Positions 28,837 to 36,281 are shown, numbered from the stretch's first letter. The stretch: 39,518 bases of DNA from a virus (IMGVR_UViG_3300032212_000060:1-39518); one strand, 5' to 3'. Made by a program: numbers and translations. Notes: generated by a model from the letters alone, not told the origin.

Positions 28837-28978
28837 CCTTTGACTCCCAACTAGGGAAGTACTCCTTACCGCTGCGGGTAAGCATTAAACAATTACCACA
28901 GCGTGTCTCTCTGTCATTGACATCAGCTGCTTGATCTTCAAACTTACAGGACATGCAATCCTTTTCTGGAATTTGCAT
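28793..28978 (-). CDS. Small Cys-rich (CxxC...CxxC) protein
   Basis: CMSC..CGNC..P.W; AAGGA RBS. Confidence 0.65.
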   Translation of the reverse strand: MQIPEKDCMSCKFEDQAADVNDRETRCGNCLMLTRSGKEYFPSWESKDEDEWDGPPTINYI

Positions 28979-29135
28979 ACTTTAAATCCTTCTTAGTATC
29001 TTTAACTACTTTTTTGATACAGAAGTCTGTCATTACTGTGTACCCTCTACTGTGGGTGCGGTAGCTAACGTGGGGTTGATCCGAGAATAACAGTCTGGCC
29101 TGTCGTCTGATCTGTTTAACTAGGGATTGTCTCAT
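28944..29135 (-). CDS. Small basic hypothetical protein
   Basis: 63 aa, Arg/Lys-rich, overlapping both neighbours. Confidence 0.6.
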   Translation of the reverse strand: MRQSLVKQIRRQARLLFSDQPHVSYRTHSRGYTVMTDFCIKKVVKDTKKDLKYANSRKGLHVL

Positions 29136-29233
29136 TTAAATAAACCTTTTGTTATCTGAACTAGTAATGTAGCTATCATTGACAGTGTGACGGTTGCCAT
29201 CAGTATGCCTACTATGAGGTATTCGCTTGTCAT
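29132..29233 (-). CDS. 33-aa single-pass membrane peptide (not in the ORF track)
   Basis: MTSEYLIVGILMATVTLSMIATLLVQITKGLFK; AAGGG upstream; its TGA overlaps the next ATG (ATGA). Confidence 0.65.
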   Translation of the reverse strand: MTSEYLIVGILMATVTLSMIATLLVQITKGLFK

Positions 29234-29253
29234 ATCATGCCCTTAAAAATAGG

Positions 29254-29306
29254 TGAGAGATGCACAGACGGGTCTCTCAACTCCGCTGCTAGGATTGCAC
29301 TAACAG
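29254..29306 (-). ncRNA. Predicted double-pseudoknot RNA, element A
   Basis: CUGUUAG-UGCA-AUC-CUAGCAG-CGG-AGU-UGAGAGA-C-CCG-UCUG-UGCA-UCUCUCA; four complementary pairs; the U-G wobble favours the - strand. Confidence 0.6.
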
Positions 29307-29356
29307 TTACAGCACCCCGCTCTGTGCTAGGGAGTACGCCGCTCTATAAAGTAGTT

Positions 29357-29415
29357 GGCAGGTTGTGCGATCTGCGGTGCCCTGCCTTGCACTTGTTCAC
29401 GCTCCGCACTTAGCG
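29357..29415 (-). ncRNA. Predicted double-pseudoknot RNA, element B
   Basis: CGCU-AA-GUGCG-G-AGCG-UGAACAA-GUGC-AA-GGCAGG-GCAC-CGCAGAU-CGCAC-AA-CCUGCC. Confidence 0.65.
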
Positions 29416-29485
29416 CTCTTTAGTTATCCCAAATCATAAAGAGAAAGCATTGTTAACGACAGTATGTTTGTCAGCTGGGAGGCTA
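29416..29485 (-). ncRNA. Predicted kissing-loop RNA, element C
   Basis: UAGC/GCUG hairpin whose loop UCCCA is complementary to UGGGA in the loop of the CUCUUUA/UAAAGAG hairpin. Confidence 0.45.
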
Positions 29486-29489
29486 GAAA

Positions 29490-29558
29490 GGTGAGGAGGT
29501 GGGACTCGAACCCACAAACCAGCCAATGCTGTGCTGTACCAATTCGCACTACTCCTCG
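29490..29558 (-). ncRNA. tRNA-like RNA lacking an anticodon loop
   Basis: GAGGAG/CUCCUC acceptor stem, UA, D arm GUGC-GAAUUGGUACA-GCAC, short AGC-AUUG-GCU hairpin, T arm GUGGG-UUCGAGU-CCCAC, 3' ACC. Confidence 0.8.
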
Positions 29559-29566
29559 TAAAAAGA

Positions 29567-29630
29567 GCTAGCTTTGTCACCCCTTCAATCCCGCTAGCGT
29601 AGGATTCTCATAACCGTTGGTGACTACGTT
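29567..29630 (-). ncRNA. Predicted double-pseudoknot RNA, element D
   Basis: AACGU-A-GUCACC-A-ACGGUU-AUGAG-AAUCC-UAC-GCUAGC-G-GGAUU-GAAGG-GGUGAC-AAA-GCUAGC, then a U-run. Confidence 0.65.
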
Positions 29631-29752
29631 CCTCCAACTCTTAGTACCTATGACTAGGTAGGTGTTCAGGAGGACAATGCCTAGCATCAAGGGGCTAGGC
29701 TAACCTGTCACAGCTTCATCGTCAACCGAATCTATTATGTAACTGTCTACCA

Positions 29753-29767
29753 GTTACACAGTGTAAC
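29753..29767. promoter_or_regulatory. 15-bp palindromic site (copy 1 of 5)
   Basis: GTTACACAGTGTAAC at the stop of the SSB-like gene; extra half-site TGTAAC at ~29738. Confidence 0.8.
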
Positions 29768-30286
29768 TTACTCTTCCCAGTTGACAGCAGCTTTGATCTG
29801 CTTCTGTCGGTACTCGTTGAGGTTATCGAAGACTGCATCTTCACCATTCGAGAACTCATAGAAGTAAGTATCAATATCGGGTTCTGGAATGTCGATGCCT
29901 GCCATAGGCTTAGTAACATTGCTGATGTTGTCTCTCATCACACCCTTCTTGTCTTCGGCATGGGAGATCTCAAGCATACAAGGTAGTCCGACCAACTGTG
30001 CTAGGCTAGTAGCATCTGGTTTGATTGCCTTGACAAGCTTCATCAAGTTACCATCAGGGTTAGATGTCTGGTTAAGAGGCCAACCCCACTTCATCTTCTG
30101 TTTCTCAACACCATCTATCTCGATGGTCTCATTAGGTAGTACGAACTCAAACACTACCTGTTCCTTGTCCCCGTAAGGTGTCTTCTGTACACCTAGCTCT
30201 ATCACTCGTGCTACTCGTGCAGCATGTAGACCCTCAGGGATTAAGTCAAACTCTTTAGTCTCTACTACTTGTGGATTAAAAGTCAA
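29768..30286 (-). CDS. Putative single-stranded DNA-binding protein
   Basis: F.LIPEG.H.ARV..VIELG.Q N-terminus, L..LVG.PC.L.I.H, acidic/aromatic end; replication-module context. Confidence 0.6.
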   Translation of the reverse strand: MTFNPQVVETKEFDLIPEGLHAARVARVIELGVQKTPYGDKEQVVFEFVLPNETIEIDGVEKQKMKWGWPLNQTSNPDGNLMKLVKAIKPDATSLAQLVGLPCMLEISHAEDKKGVMRDNISNVTKPMAGIDIPEPDIDTYFYEFSNGEDAVFDNLNEYRQKQIKAAVNWEE

Positions 30287-30833
30287 GGAACATCCCTCCT
30301 ACTGTGTTGCCTGTACCTGTTGCACTGCGAACACTAGTAGCAAGATTGTCATGCGCTCGTCGTGCTTTGTTAGTGCTATCGTACAGGTCTCTTAACTTAC
30401 CGATCTCTGTAAGATGGTCTTTGTTAAGGACAATATTTCTTTTATCCTTACTGTAACCGCCAACATAGGCAGGGTTACGGGAGATACTAAAGTCTCCGTA
30501 CTGGATTACGTAGATGTATTGTCCACACTTAGAGATTAATCCGTTGTATTTTAGTTGCTCAAGAATTTCATCAGCTTTCTCAACTGCACTATCTTCAACG
30601 TACTTTAATTCTGGTAGGTGTTTTGATTCAGTCATATGTTCTGTCTCTGTCTTTGGTGTTTGAAAGTATTGCTCTATGTATTCAGGGTTAGGTACGTACC
30701 TGTTTTCTGTCGGTACGTTTTGCCTATCTAGTATGTCTCTTGCCTCTTCTAAAGCCTTAAGAGTTGTCTTCGCATCGTCTAAAGCCCTAAAAGCTAACTG
30801 TGCATCAGTGAGTGTCGTACCATGTGTTGCCAA
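30276..30833 (-). CDS. Hypothetical protein with a capsid-like N-terminal motif
   Basis: TTG start with AAGGAG RBS and its own promoter motif directly upstream. Confidence 0.7.
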   Translation of the reverse strand: MATHGTTLTDAQLAFRALDDAKTTLKALEEARDILDRQNVPTENRYVPNPEYIEQYFQTPKTETEHMTESKHLPELKYVEDSAVEKADEILEQLKYNGLISKCGQYIYVIQYGDFSISRNPAYVGGYSKDKRNIVLNKDHLTEIGKLRDLYDSTNKARRAHDNLATSVRSATGTGNTVGGMFLDF

Positions 30834-32211
30834 TCTCTGACTCTCCTTTAATTATACAACGAGAACCTAAGATAGTTCCCGCTTGTTCTATACTATCTTC
30901 TAGTATCTTAGCAACACGTTCAGCATGTTCTTCCTTGACTATGAGTTGGTACTCATCGTGCTGTACTGTTGCAAACTTAGCGTCAAGCTTCTCAGCTTTG
31001 ATAGTATCGTAAGCTACAACCATAGCCCACTTCATTAGCACTGCTTCAAAGTTCTGTAGCAAGTACACAAGTAGCATGTGCTCTGATGTAACGTATATCT
31101 TTCTCTTGTCTATGCCTAGTATGTAGCCATGCTTCTTCCAGAACTTCTTCAAGTCCTTGAGTAAGGCAACCAGTGCATCCAGACCTGCCTCGAACTTGGC
31201 TCTAATAGTCTCAGCCTCAGGGACAGAGCATCCAATCTGGCTAGCAGTCTTGTTTGCTCCTGCTCCAAAGAGGTAACCATAGAATACATTCTTTGCATGG
31301 CTTCTAGAAACACCTGCTCTCCTACCGTTGAGGCTGTGAAGGTCTGTCCCATTAGCTTTAACGCCATTAAGTAATGCCTCTTGAAACTCCATATCTCCCA
31401 TGTAGTGCGACAATGCACGTACCTGACACTGGTCAGCATCTGCACCTACCACTACATATCCCTTCGGTGCTCTGAACACCTTACGCATAACCTTCCACAG
31501 TGCCCCTTCCTTAGGAGCAGGGACATTAACTATCTTACTGTGGGTCATTCTTGCGGTAGCCGCTCCCAACGTATTGACCACTGAGGGTACAGTACCGTCA
31601 CTCCTGCAATCTCTGAGGAAGCCCTTGATCTGATTACGTTTATGCGTGATCTGCCTACGGTATATGATGAGCGACGCTGCTGGCCCCAAGCTTTTAAGAT
31701 CTTCGTAATCTTCTTCCGTAAGTTTAGGCGATGTTTTAATCTTGTTACCGTAGTAATCTTTGATCTCTTTACCGCTCTTATCTTTCTTATAGTTGTATGT
31801 CTTTGGTTTCCATCCATTGTTCAGCAACCATTTGTTTACCTGTTGAACAGAATCCAAGTTAATAGGAACGAATTCAACACGGTTAAATGCCCCATCAACA
31901 GTAAGGTTCGGTTCGGGTTCATCCCCCAACCAGTCAGAAACTTGTTTAGTATAATCTCCATTTAACTTAAATACCTTTGTAATAGTTGTCTTGTCTTGCT
32001 TAGGTTTGGGTGGTATCAGTGGCAGGATAGCCTCATCAACCCAGTCAACTCTCTCTTGTAGCTCAGTGATTTGCTTATAACATTCCTGTCTGTCAAGAGG
32101 GAAGCCATTGTTTTCCATTTCAATGGCTATGTCTTGTACACGTTGCTCAAGGTATAAAGCTGAAACCAGATCCAAGTTGTTTGTAGTAATCGGGTAGACA
32201 GGCTGCTTCAC
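30805..32211 (-). CDS. DNA polymerase family A, polymerase domain
   Basis: T.RMTHS..VNVP, motif A VGADADQCQVR, motif B R..AK..FYGYLFGAG, motif C HDE. Confidence 0.93.
   Translation of the reverse strand: MKQPVYPITTNNLDLVSALYLEQRVQDIAIEMENNGFPLDRQECYKQITELQERVDWVDEAILPLIPPKPKQDKTTITKVFKLNGDYTKQVSDWLGDEPEPNLTVDGAFNRVEFVPINLDSVQQVNKWLLNNGWKPKTYNYKKDKSGKEIKDYYGNKIKTSPKLTEEDYEDLKSLGPAASLIIYRRQITHKRNQIKGFLRDCRSDGTVPSVVNTLGAATARMTHSKIVNVPAPKEGALWKVMRKVFRAPKGYVVVGADADQCQVRALSHYMGDMEFQEALLNGVKANGTDLHSLNGRRAGVSRSHAKNVFYGYLFGAGANKTASQIGCSVPEAETIRAKFEAGLDALVALLKDLKKFWKKHGYILGIDKRKIYVTSEHMLLVYLLQNFEAVLMKWAMVVAYDTIKAEKLDAKFATVQHDEYQLIVKEEHAERVAKILEDSIEQAGTILGSRCIIKGESEIGNTWYDTH
30851..30879 (-). promoter_or_regulatory. 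Putative ECF-sigma promoter inside the polymerase 3' end
   Basis: GGAACT-N13-GTTGTATAAT immediately before an AAGGAG RBS. Confidence 0.8.
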
Positions 32212-32671
32212 GTTCTAATTCCTCAAGCACTAATAGGTTTATCTCTGCGTCTTCAACACAACGGTGGCCCATAGCCTCACTGTACTGTGACCAGTCCGTA
32301 TGGTCAGGCTTCCATCTGCCTAGCCTACGTGCCCATGCCTCTATGCTGTGAGTTGCCTTGCCTTTGTAGTCAGGTGGTGGTGGGCGCTTAGGGTTAAGCA
32401 TACGGCTGAACACTAGGGTATCAACCACTACCTGATGAGAGGCAGGCTCCCAATCATAGAGCTTCTTGAGCAGTGGCAGGTCATGCTTCTTGATGTTGTG
32501 TCCTACCAGTACGTCAGCAAGAGATAGGTGTGCTAGTCCTTTAACTACATCAGTGGGAGGGAAGAGAGTAGCAGTGCCGCTCGATCCCTTGTCCACTGTT
32601 GCAATACACCACAGTGTGTCAGCTACATCTAGGAAGCCGTTACTCTCTGTATCGAATACTCTGACTAGCAT
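32147..32671 (-). CDS. 3'-5' proofreading exonuclease domain of PolA (separate ORF)
   Basis: ExoI FDTESNG, ExoII GHNI..HD, HSIEAW, ExoIII C.ED. Confidence 0.9.
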   Translation of the reverse strand: MLVRVFDTESNGFLDVADTLWCIATVDKGSSGTATLFPPTDVVKGLAHLSLADVLVGHNIKKHDLPLLKKLYDWEPASHQVVVDTLVFSRMLNPKRPPPPDYKGKATHSIEAWARRLGRWKPDHTDWSQYSEAMGHRCVEDAEINLLVLEELEREAACLPDYYKQLGSGFSFIP

Positions 32672-32679
32672 AGTGATTC

Positions 32680-33120
32680 CTACTTATACTCCACTGATAC
32701 AACAAGGTCGTCAAAGTCATCTTTATGTACTACTAAGTCGAGTGAGTAAAGCTTGTACCCATAGCTGTAGAGCGCTTTAAACCTGTAGATCTCTTTAAGG
32801 TCTTCCCAGTCATCGAAAGCTTCCCCTCTCTTCCCATCACTGAGCCATCCATCAGTGGTTCTAACATGGTCACACCGCTCCCCATCTATCTTAATAGCTC
32901 TTATGCTGTGGGCTTCAGCATACTTAAGGATAGCCTCCTGTTGGTTAGTCAGCTTAGGCTTGTCTAGCTTAGCAGCATGTTCCTCTAGAACCTTAGCTGC
33001 TTTACGCAACTCTTCTGATGTAGGTTTTGTTAGCTTGCTATCTACTAAAGCTGTTGAATATATATCGTCAAACAAACTTGTGTACATAGTCTTTCCTTTC
33101 ATTGTTCCGTAACTAATCAT
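32680..33120 (-). CDS. Hypothetical protein
   Basis: Start either 33120 (GGAG RBS) or 33087 (AAGGA RBS). Confidence 0.65.
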   Translation of the reverse strand: MISYGTMKGKTMYTSLFDDIYSTALVDSKLTKPTSEELRKAAKVLEEHAAKLDKPKLTNQQEAILKYAEAHSIRAIKIDGERCDHVRTTDGWLSDGKRGEAFDDWEDLKEIYRFKALYSYGYKLYSLDLVVHKDDFDDLVVSVEYK

Positions 33121-33316
33121 TCGTTGTCTCTCCGCTGTTGTACCCCATCGTGTACATCTTCTTGTCTCTGTCATTGTATTGTACACCAAACTCTAGGTTT
33201 AGTTCCATTTGTGCTGCTTGTTGTCCTTCGATATACATACGTCTGTCACGTTGGTATCTAACTTCAGCTTCTTCTTTAGGTCTTGATAGTTTGTTTGTAT
33301 CTAGATGATCAAGCAT
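33113..33316 (-). CDS. Hypothetical protein
   Basis: GGAG RBS, tiles with its neighbours. Confidence 0.6.
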   Translation of the reverse strand: MLDHLDTNKLSRPKEEAEVRYQRDRRMYIEGQQAAQMELNLEFGVQYNDRDKKMYTMGYNSGETTND

Positions 33317-33458
33317 TCCATGACTCCGTTATCTTCTTACGTTGTAACCAGTTGAATCGTTTACCAAATATGTTATCGAAGTTATTATGTACTTCTTCTC
33401 TGGAGATCTGAGGCTTACGCTCCCATGATCCCTTGCTTCCTGTCCAAGGTCTGCTCAC
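33309..33458 (-). CDS. 49-aa hypothetical protein (not in the ORF track)
   Basis: GTG start overlapping the upstream TGA; MSRPWTGSKGSWERKPQISREEVHNNFDNIFGKR... Confidence 0.6.
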   Translation of the reverse strand: MSRPWTGSKGSWERKPQISREEVHNNFDNIFGKRFNWLQRKKITESWNA

Positions 33459-33625
33459 TGTTTTCTCTCTTCAAATATCACGCACTCTGGACACACAGGG
33501 CAGGGGTATCCAAGGTGTTCATCAGCCCACCACTTATGTATTCCCTGTTCATTATCCTCAGTAAGGTGGTCTACCTTATCAGTGTCTATAACAACACCGC
33601 ACTCATCACATGATGCAAGCTTCAT
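33455..33625 (-). CDS. 56-aa zinc-ribbon-like protein (not in the ORF track)
   Basis: TAATG coupling to the helicase; MKLASCDECG...YPCPVCPEC... Confidence 0.65.
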   Translation of the reverse strand: MKLASCDECGVVIDTDKVDHLTEDNEQGIHKWWADEHLGYPCPVCPECVIFEERKQ

Positions 33626-35274
33626 TAGAACCTCTCTATTAATCTTGTTGTCTCTTTATCATAATACAAGAAAAAGCTACCAACGTTCCCGTACTCACGA
33701 TCTTTTAATAGAACCATCTTACGTACATTACGTTCATGCTCTGGTAAGTCAGGGTCTTTAGTCCCTTCCAATCCCCACAAATGTGTAGACCATTTCATCA
33801 TAGCTCTACTGCCTGTCATTTGTGCTTCATTAACCTTGCCGCCACGCTCATGGCTAGGCCCAGTCTTAGGTGGGTTAAGGTGTGCGAAGTAGAAGGTACT
33901 GAAGTCTAGCTCTTGTGACATAGCTGATAGGTCAGAGAAGATTGTATTAAGCTGATCGTTAGCTTCACTGCTGCTTAGGTGTGCCACAAGAGCAGTGATA
34001 GGATCAAGCATGACAGCTCTAGAGTTGTTAACAATAACACTATGCCTAATATAAGATTTAATTTCATCCCAATCTCTTGAACCTTTGTGCTTGTAAAGAC
34101 TTAGCTTACCCTTCAGTGGTTCAAGGGCATCCTTAATCTCTTGTTGTGTTGCTCCGCTGTCTGGTCTATGCAATGCTTTGGATGCAGACTTAGATGCTAA
34201 CAGTTTACCTGTGTTCTTGTAGCTGTACTCAAGGTCGAAGGCTGTAACATGGTGGCCCTGCTTACATAGGTGTACTATCAGTTCGTTCTTAACGTCTGAC
34301 TTACCCATGCCTACACCTGCTGAGATACCTATGATCTGCTGCTCACGTAGCCCATACGTTAGGTCAGTCATGGTCTTCCAAGGGTATTCAGTACCGTACT
34401 TAGGAGGCTCAGCAATCTCTTCTATCAGCTCACTGATGTCAGCCATACCGTCTAGCTTGTTAGCTACAGCTGAGAACTGTACCAACTTGGCAAGTTCATC
34501 CTCTCTCTTTGCTACGGTGTAGTCATTAGGATCTTTGCCATCCTCAAGGATAACAGTCTTGATGTTAGGGTATAGGCCAGAGAGTTTATCAACTGTCTCC
34601 TTACCTGCTGCATCGCCATCAAGAACAAGTATAATCTCCTTGCACTTGTCAAGCAGTTCCTTCTCTAACTCGAAGGTAGCTATGGCTGAGCCAGTACCAT
34701 GAGGCAGACCAACTACGTTAGGCTCAGCATTGATACCTACCTTCTTCCAAGCCTTGCTCATAGCTTGGTACACAGACAGGGTATCCATAGCAGCTTCAGC
34801 TATGTACAGCTTATTTATTTTTCCTTTAGGTAGAGTTTGTCTTCCGATAAATCCAGATTGTTTAACTCTACCAACATTCCAGAAACGTTTTTCCTTAAGG
34901 AGTCTGACTTTGTATCCGATGATCTGGTTATCCAAGTCATGATAAGGGAGTAGGTAACTACCAATGGAACTGCGATCAGTAGGGTCACACCCAACGCGAC
35001 AGTTATAACGCTGCGTCGTAGCCTTCGTAAGACCTCGGTTAGGGTAGGCTTGCACACTACATCCCATGAAGTCCTTAACGATTTCAGCCAATTCTTCATC
35101 TGTGATCTCCGTTTTTCTTTTAGGTATTTCTCTTTCAGTATCATATGTACCAGTGTATCCACATCTGTTGCAGTAAGAACCACCATCCTCGAACAGCATC
35201 AAGTGGTTGCCAGTAGTATCATTTCCTTTTTCTACACAAGAAGGACAAGCCGTGTCCCCTACTATCTTTCCCAT
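33625..35274 (-). CDS. Primase/helicase (T7 gp4-like)
   Basis: Zn finger CPSC..CNRC, TOPRIM E...D and DGD, KDPND, Walker A GVGMGKS, DnaB-like motifs to KDR..G. Confidence 0.93.
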   Translation of the reverse strand: MGKIVGDTACPSCVEKGNDTTGNHLMLFEDGGSYCNRCGYTGTYDTEREIPKRKTEITDEELAEIVKDFMGCSVQAYPNRGLTKATTQRYNCRVGCDPTDRSSIGSYLLPYHDLDNQIIGYKVRLLKEKRFWNVGRVKQSGFIGRQTLPKGKINKLYIAEAAMDTLSVYQAMSKAWKKVGINAEPNVVGLPHGTGSAIATFELEKELLDKCKEIILVLDGDAAGKETVDKLSGLYPNIKTVILEDGKDPNDYTVAKREDELAKLVQFSAVANKLDGMADISELIEEIAEPPKYGTEYPWKTMTDLTYGLREQQIIGISAGVGMGKSDVKNELIVHLCKQGHHVTAFDLEYSYKNTGKLLASKSASKALHRPDSGATQQEIKDALEPLKGKLSLYKHKGSRDWDEIKSYIRHSVIVNNSRAVMLDPITALVAHLSSSEANDQLNTIFSDLSAMSQELDFSTFYFAHLNPPKTGPSHERGGKVNEAQMTGSRAMMKWSTHLWGLEGTKDPDLPEHERNVRKMVLLKDREYGNVGSFFLYYDKETTRLIERF

Positions 35275-35519
35275 CTAATAGGTCTCCGTTCGTGTTCATC
35301 ACATACACCCCAAGGGTTGTTAAGTATGTGAACACCTTGTTCAGAATTGATTGAACCATCTTCGTTAAGGCAGGCTGCATCCACAGTACACACGTCAGCT
35401 GACATACCATCAACACCACCGTACTGTGTCTCGTTCTTGAAGTGAGTACAGTTCTTACAGGTGTTGCCGTACTGTTGGTAGTTGTGTCTCATCTTTAATT
35501 TTCTTATAGCATTATTCAT
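35262..35519 (-). CDS. Small Cys-rich protein
   Basis: TAATG-coupled start at 35519; CKNCTHF..C..C..CDEH. Confidence 0.65.
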   Translation of the reverse strand: MNNAIRKLKMRHNYQQYGNTCKNCTHFKNETQYGGVDGMSADVCTVDAACLNEDGSINSEQGVHILNNPWGVCDEHERRPIRWER

Positions 35520-35803
35520 TAACAGTACCTTCTTTTGTAGGCTTTGTTGCACTCATAGTAGAGTGCTTCTCTGAATGAGGCAAGCTCAGTGATTAGTGTG
35601 TCTATCTTCGCTAACCTGTCTCTGCTTTCTTTGAGAGAGTTAGTGTCGAACTCTAGGGATACTGTTCTACCGCAGTCAGTTAGTGTGATGCCTGCCTCTA
35701 CGAACCTATCACTAGTTCCGTAGTAAGCGAAAGGGGATACTGACCACCTAACAGAACCGCCACCTGTGTCTGCCTTACATAGGAATGACTTACTCTGAAC
35801 CAT
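35519..35803 (-). CDS. Hypothetical protein
   Basis: GGAG RBS; I.L.DC.R.V.LEF...RL.KID.LI.EL pattern seen in small phage proteins. Confidence 0.65.
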   Translation of the reverse strand: MVQSKSFLCKADTGGGSVRWSVSPFAYYGTSDRFVEAGITLTDCGRTVSLEFDTNSLKESRDRLAKIDTLITELASFREALYYECNKAYKRRYC

Positions 35804-36203
35804 CCGACTCTCCCATGTCTACCCACTGTTGGTACTGAGGTGCTGATATATCTATGTGTGTTGATAGGAGATCAAGGACAAAGCTTCTCTCTAAAGACTC
35901 CGATTCATCATGGAAAGCCTGAAGTACATTTAGGACTCTGCTGTGTTCTTTAAGAATGGCGGGGTGTTCAAGACCGTTCTCCTCTGCTCGAAGTGTAAGC
36001 ACTCCGACAGAACTGTTTTTTCCTAGTAGATGTGGGTAGTCGTGTACGAGAAGCCAACCAACAGCACAGTGTTGATCCTCTGACACTCCCTTGTAGTTGC
36101 ACTTACCATCAGTGTCAACACACCTGCCACCTTGCTCTACTATCTTAGTAACTGCATAGTCACATGCTTCTTGTATTGTAGCTGTATTAATATCGAAGGT
36201 CAT
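35790..36203 (-). CDS. Hypothetical protein with conserved-looking C/H motif
   Basis: QG......C.Y......CAVG.L ... LQAFHD pattern; first gene after the promoter at 36241. Confidence 0.65.
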   Translation of the reverse strand: MTFDINTATIQEACDYAVTKIVEQGGRCVDTDGKCNYKGVSEDQHCAVGWLLVHDYPHLLGKNSSVGVLTLRAEENGLEHPAILKEHSRVLNVLQAFHDESESLERSFVLDLLSTHIDISAPQYQQWVDMGESDGSE

Positions 36204-36206
36204 AAG

Positions 36207-36221
36207 GTTACACCGTGTAAC
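36207..36221. promoter_or_regulatory. 15-bp palindromic site (copy 2)
   Basis: GTTACACCGTGTAAC between the promoter and the start codon. Confidence 0.8.
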
Positions 36222-36238
36222 TTAGTTCATTGTAATAG

Positions 36239-36267
36239 ATTATACAACGGAAGGGAGGGAAGGTTCC
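36239..36267 (-). promoter_or_regulatory. Putative ECF-sigma promoter of the replication operon
   Basis: GGAACC-N13-GTTGTATAAT. Confidence 0.85.
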
Positions 36268-36281
36268 TTTTTTCAAGGCAC

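Noticed and set aside
29490-29558. Functional decoding tRNA
   Set aside because: There is no 5-bp stem with a 7-nt anticodon loop, so no anticodon can be assigned.
29245-29760. tmRNA (tRNA-like domain plus pseudoknots)
   Set aside because: The tRNA-like unit is self-contained, has a full D stem and no G3-U70 pair, and the pseudoknots lie outside it. No tag reading frame is evident.
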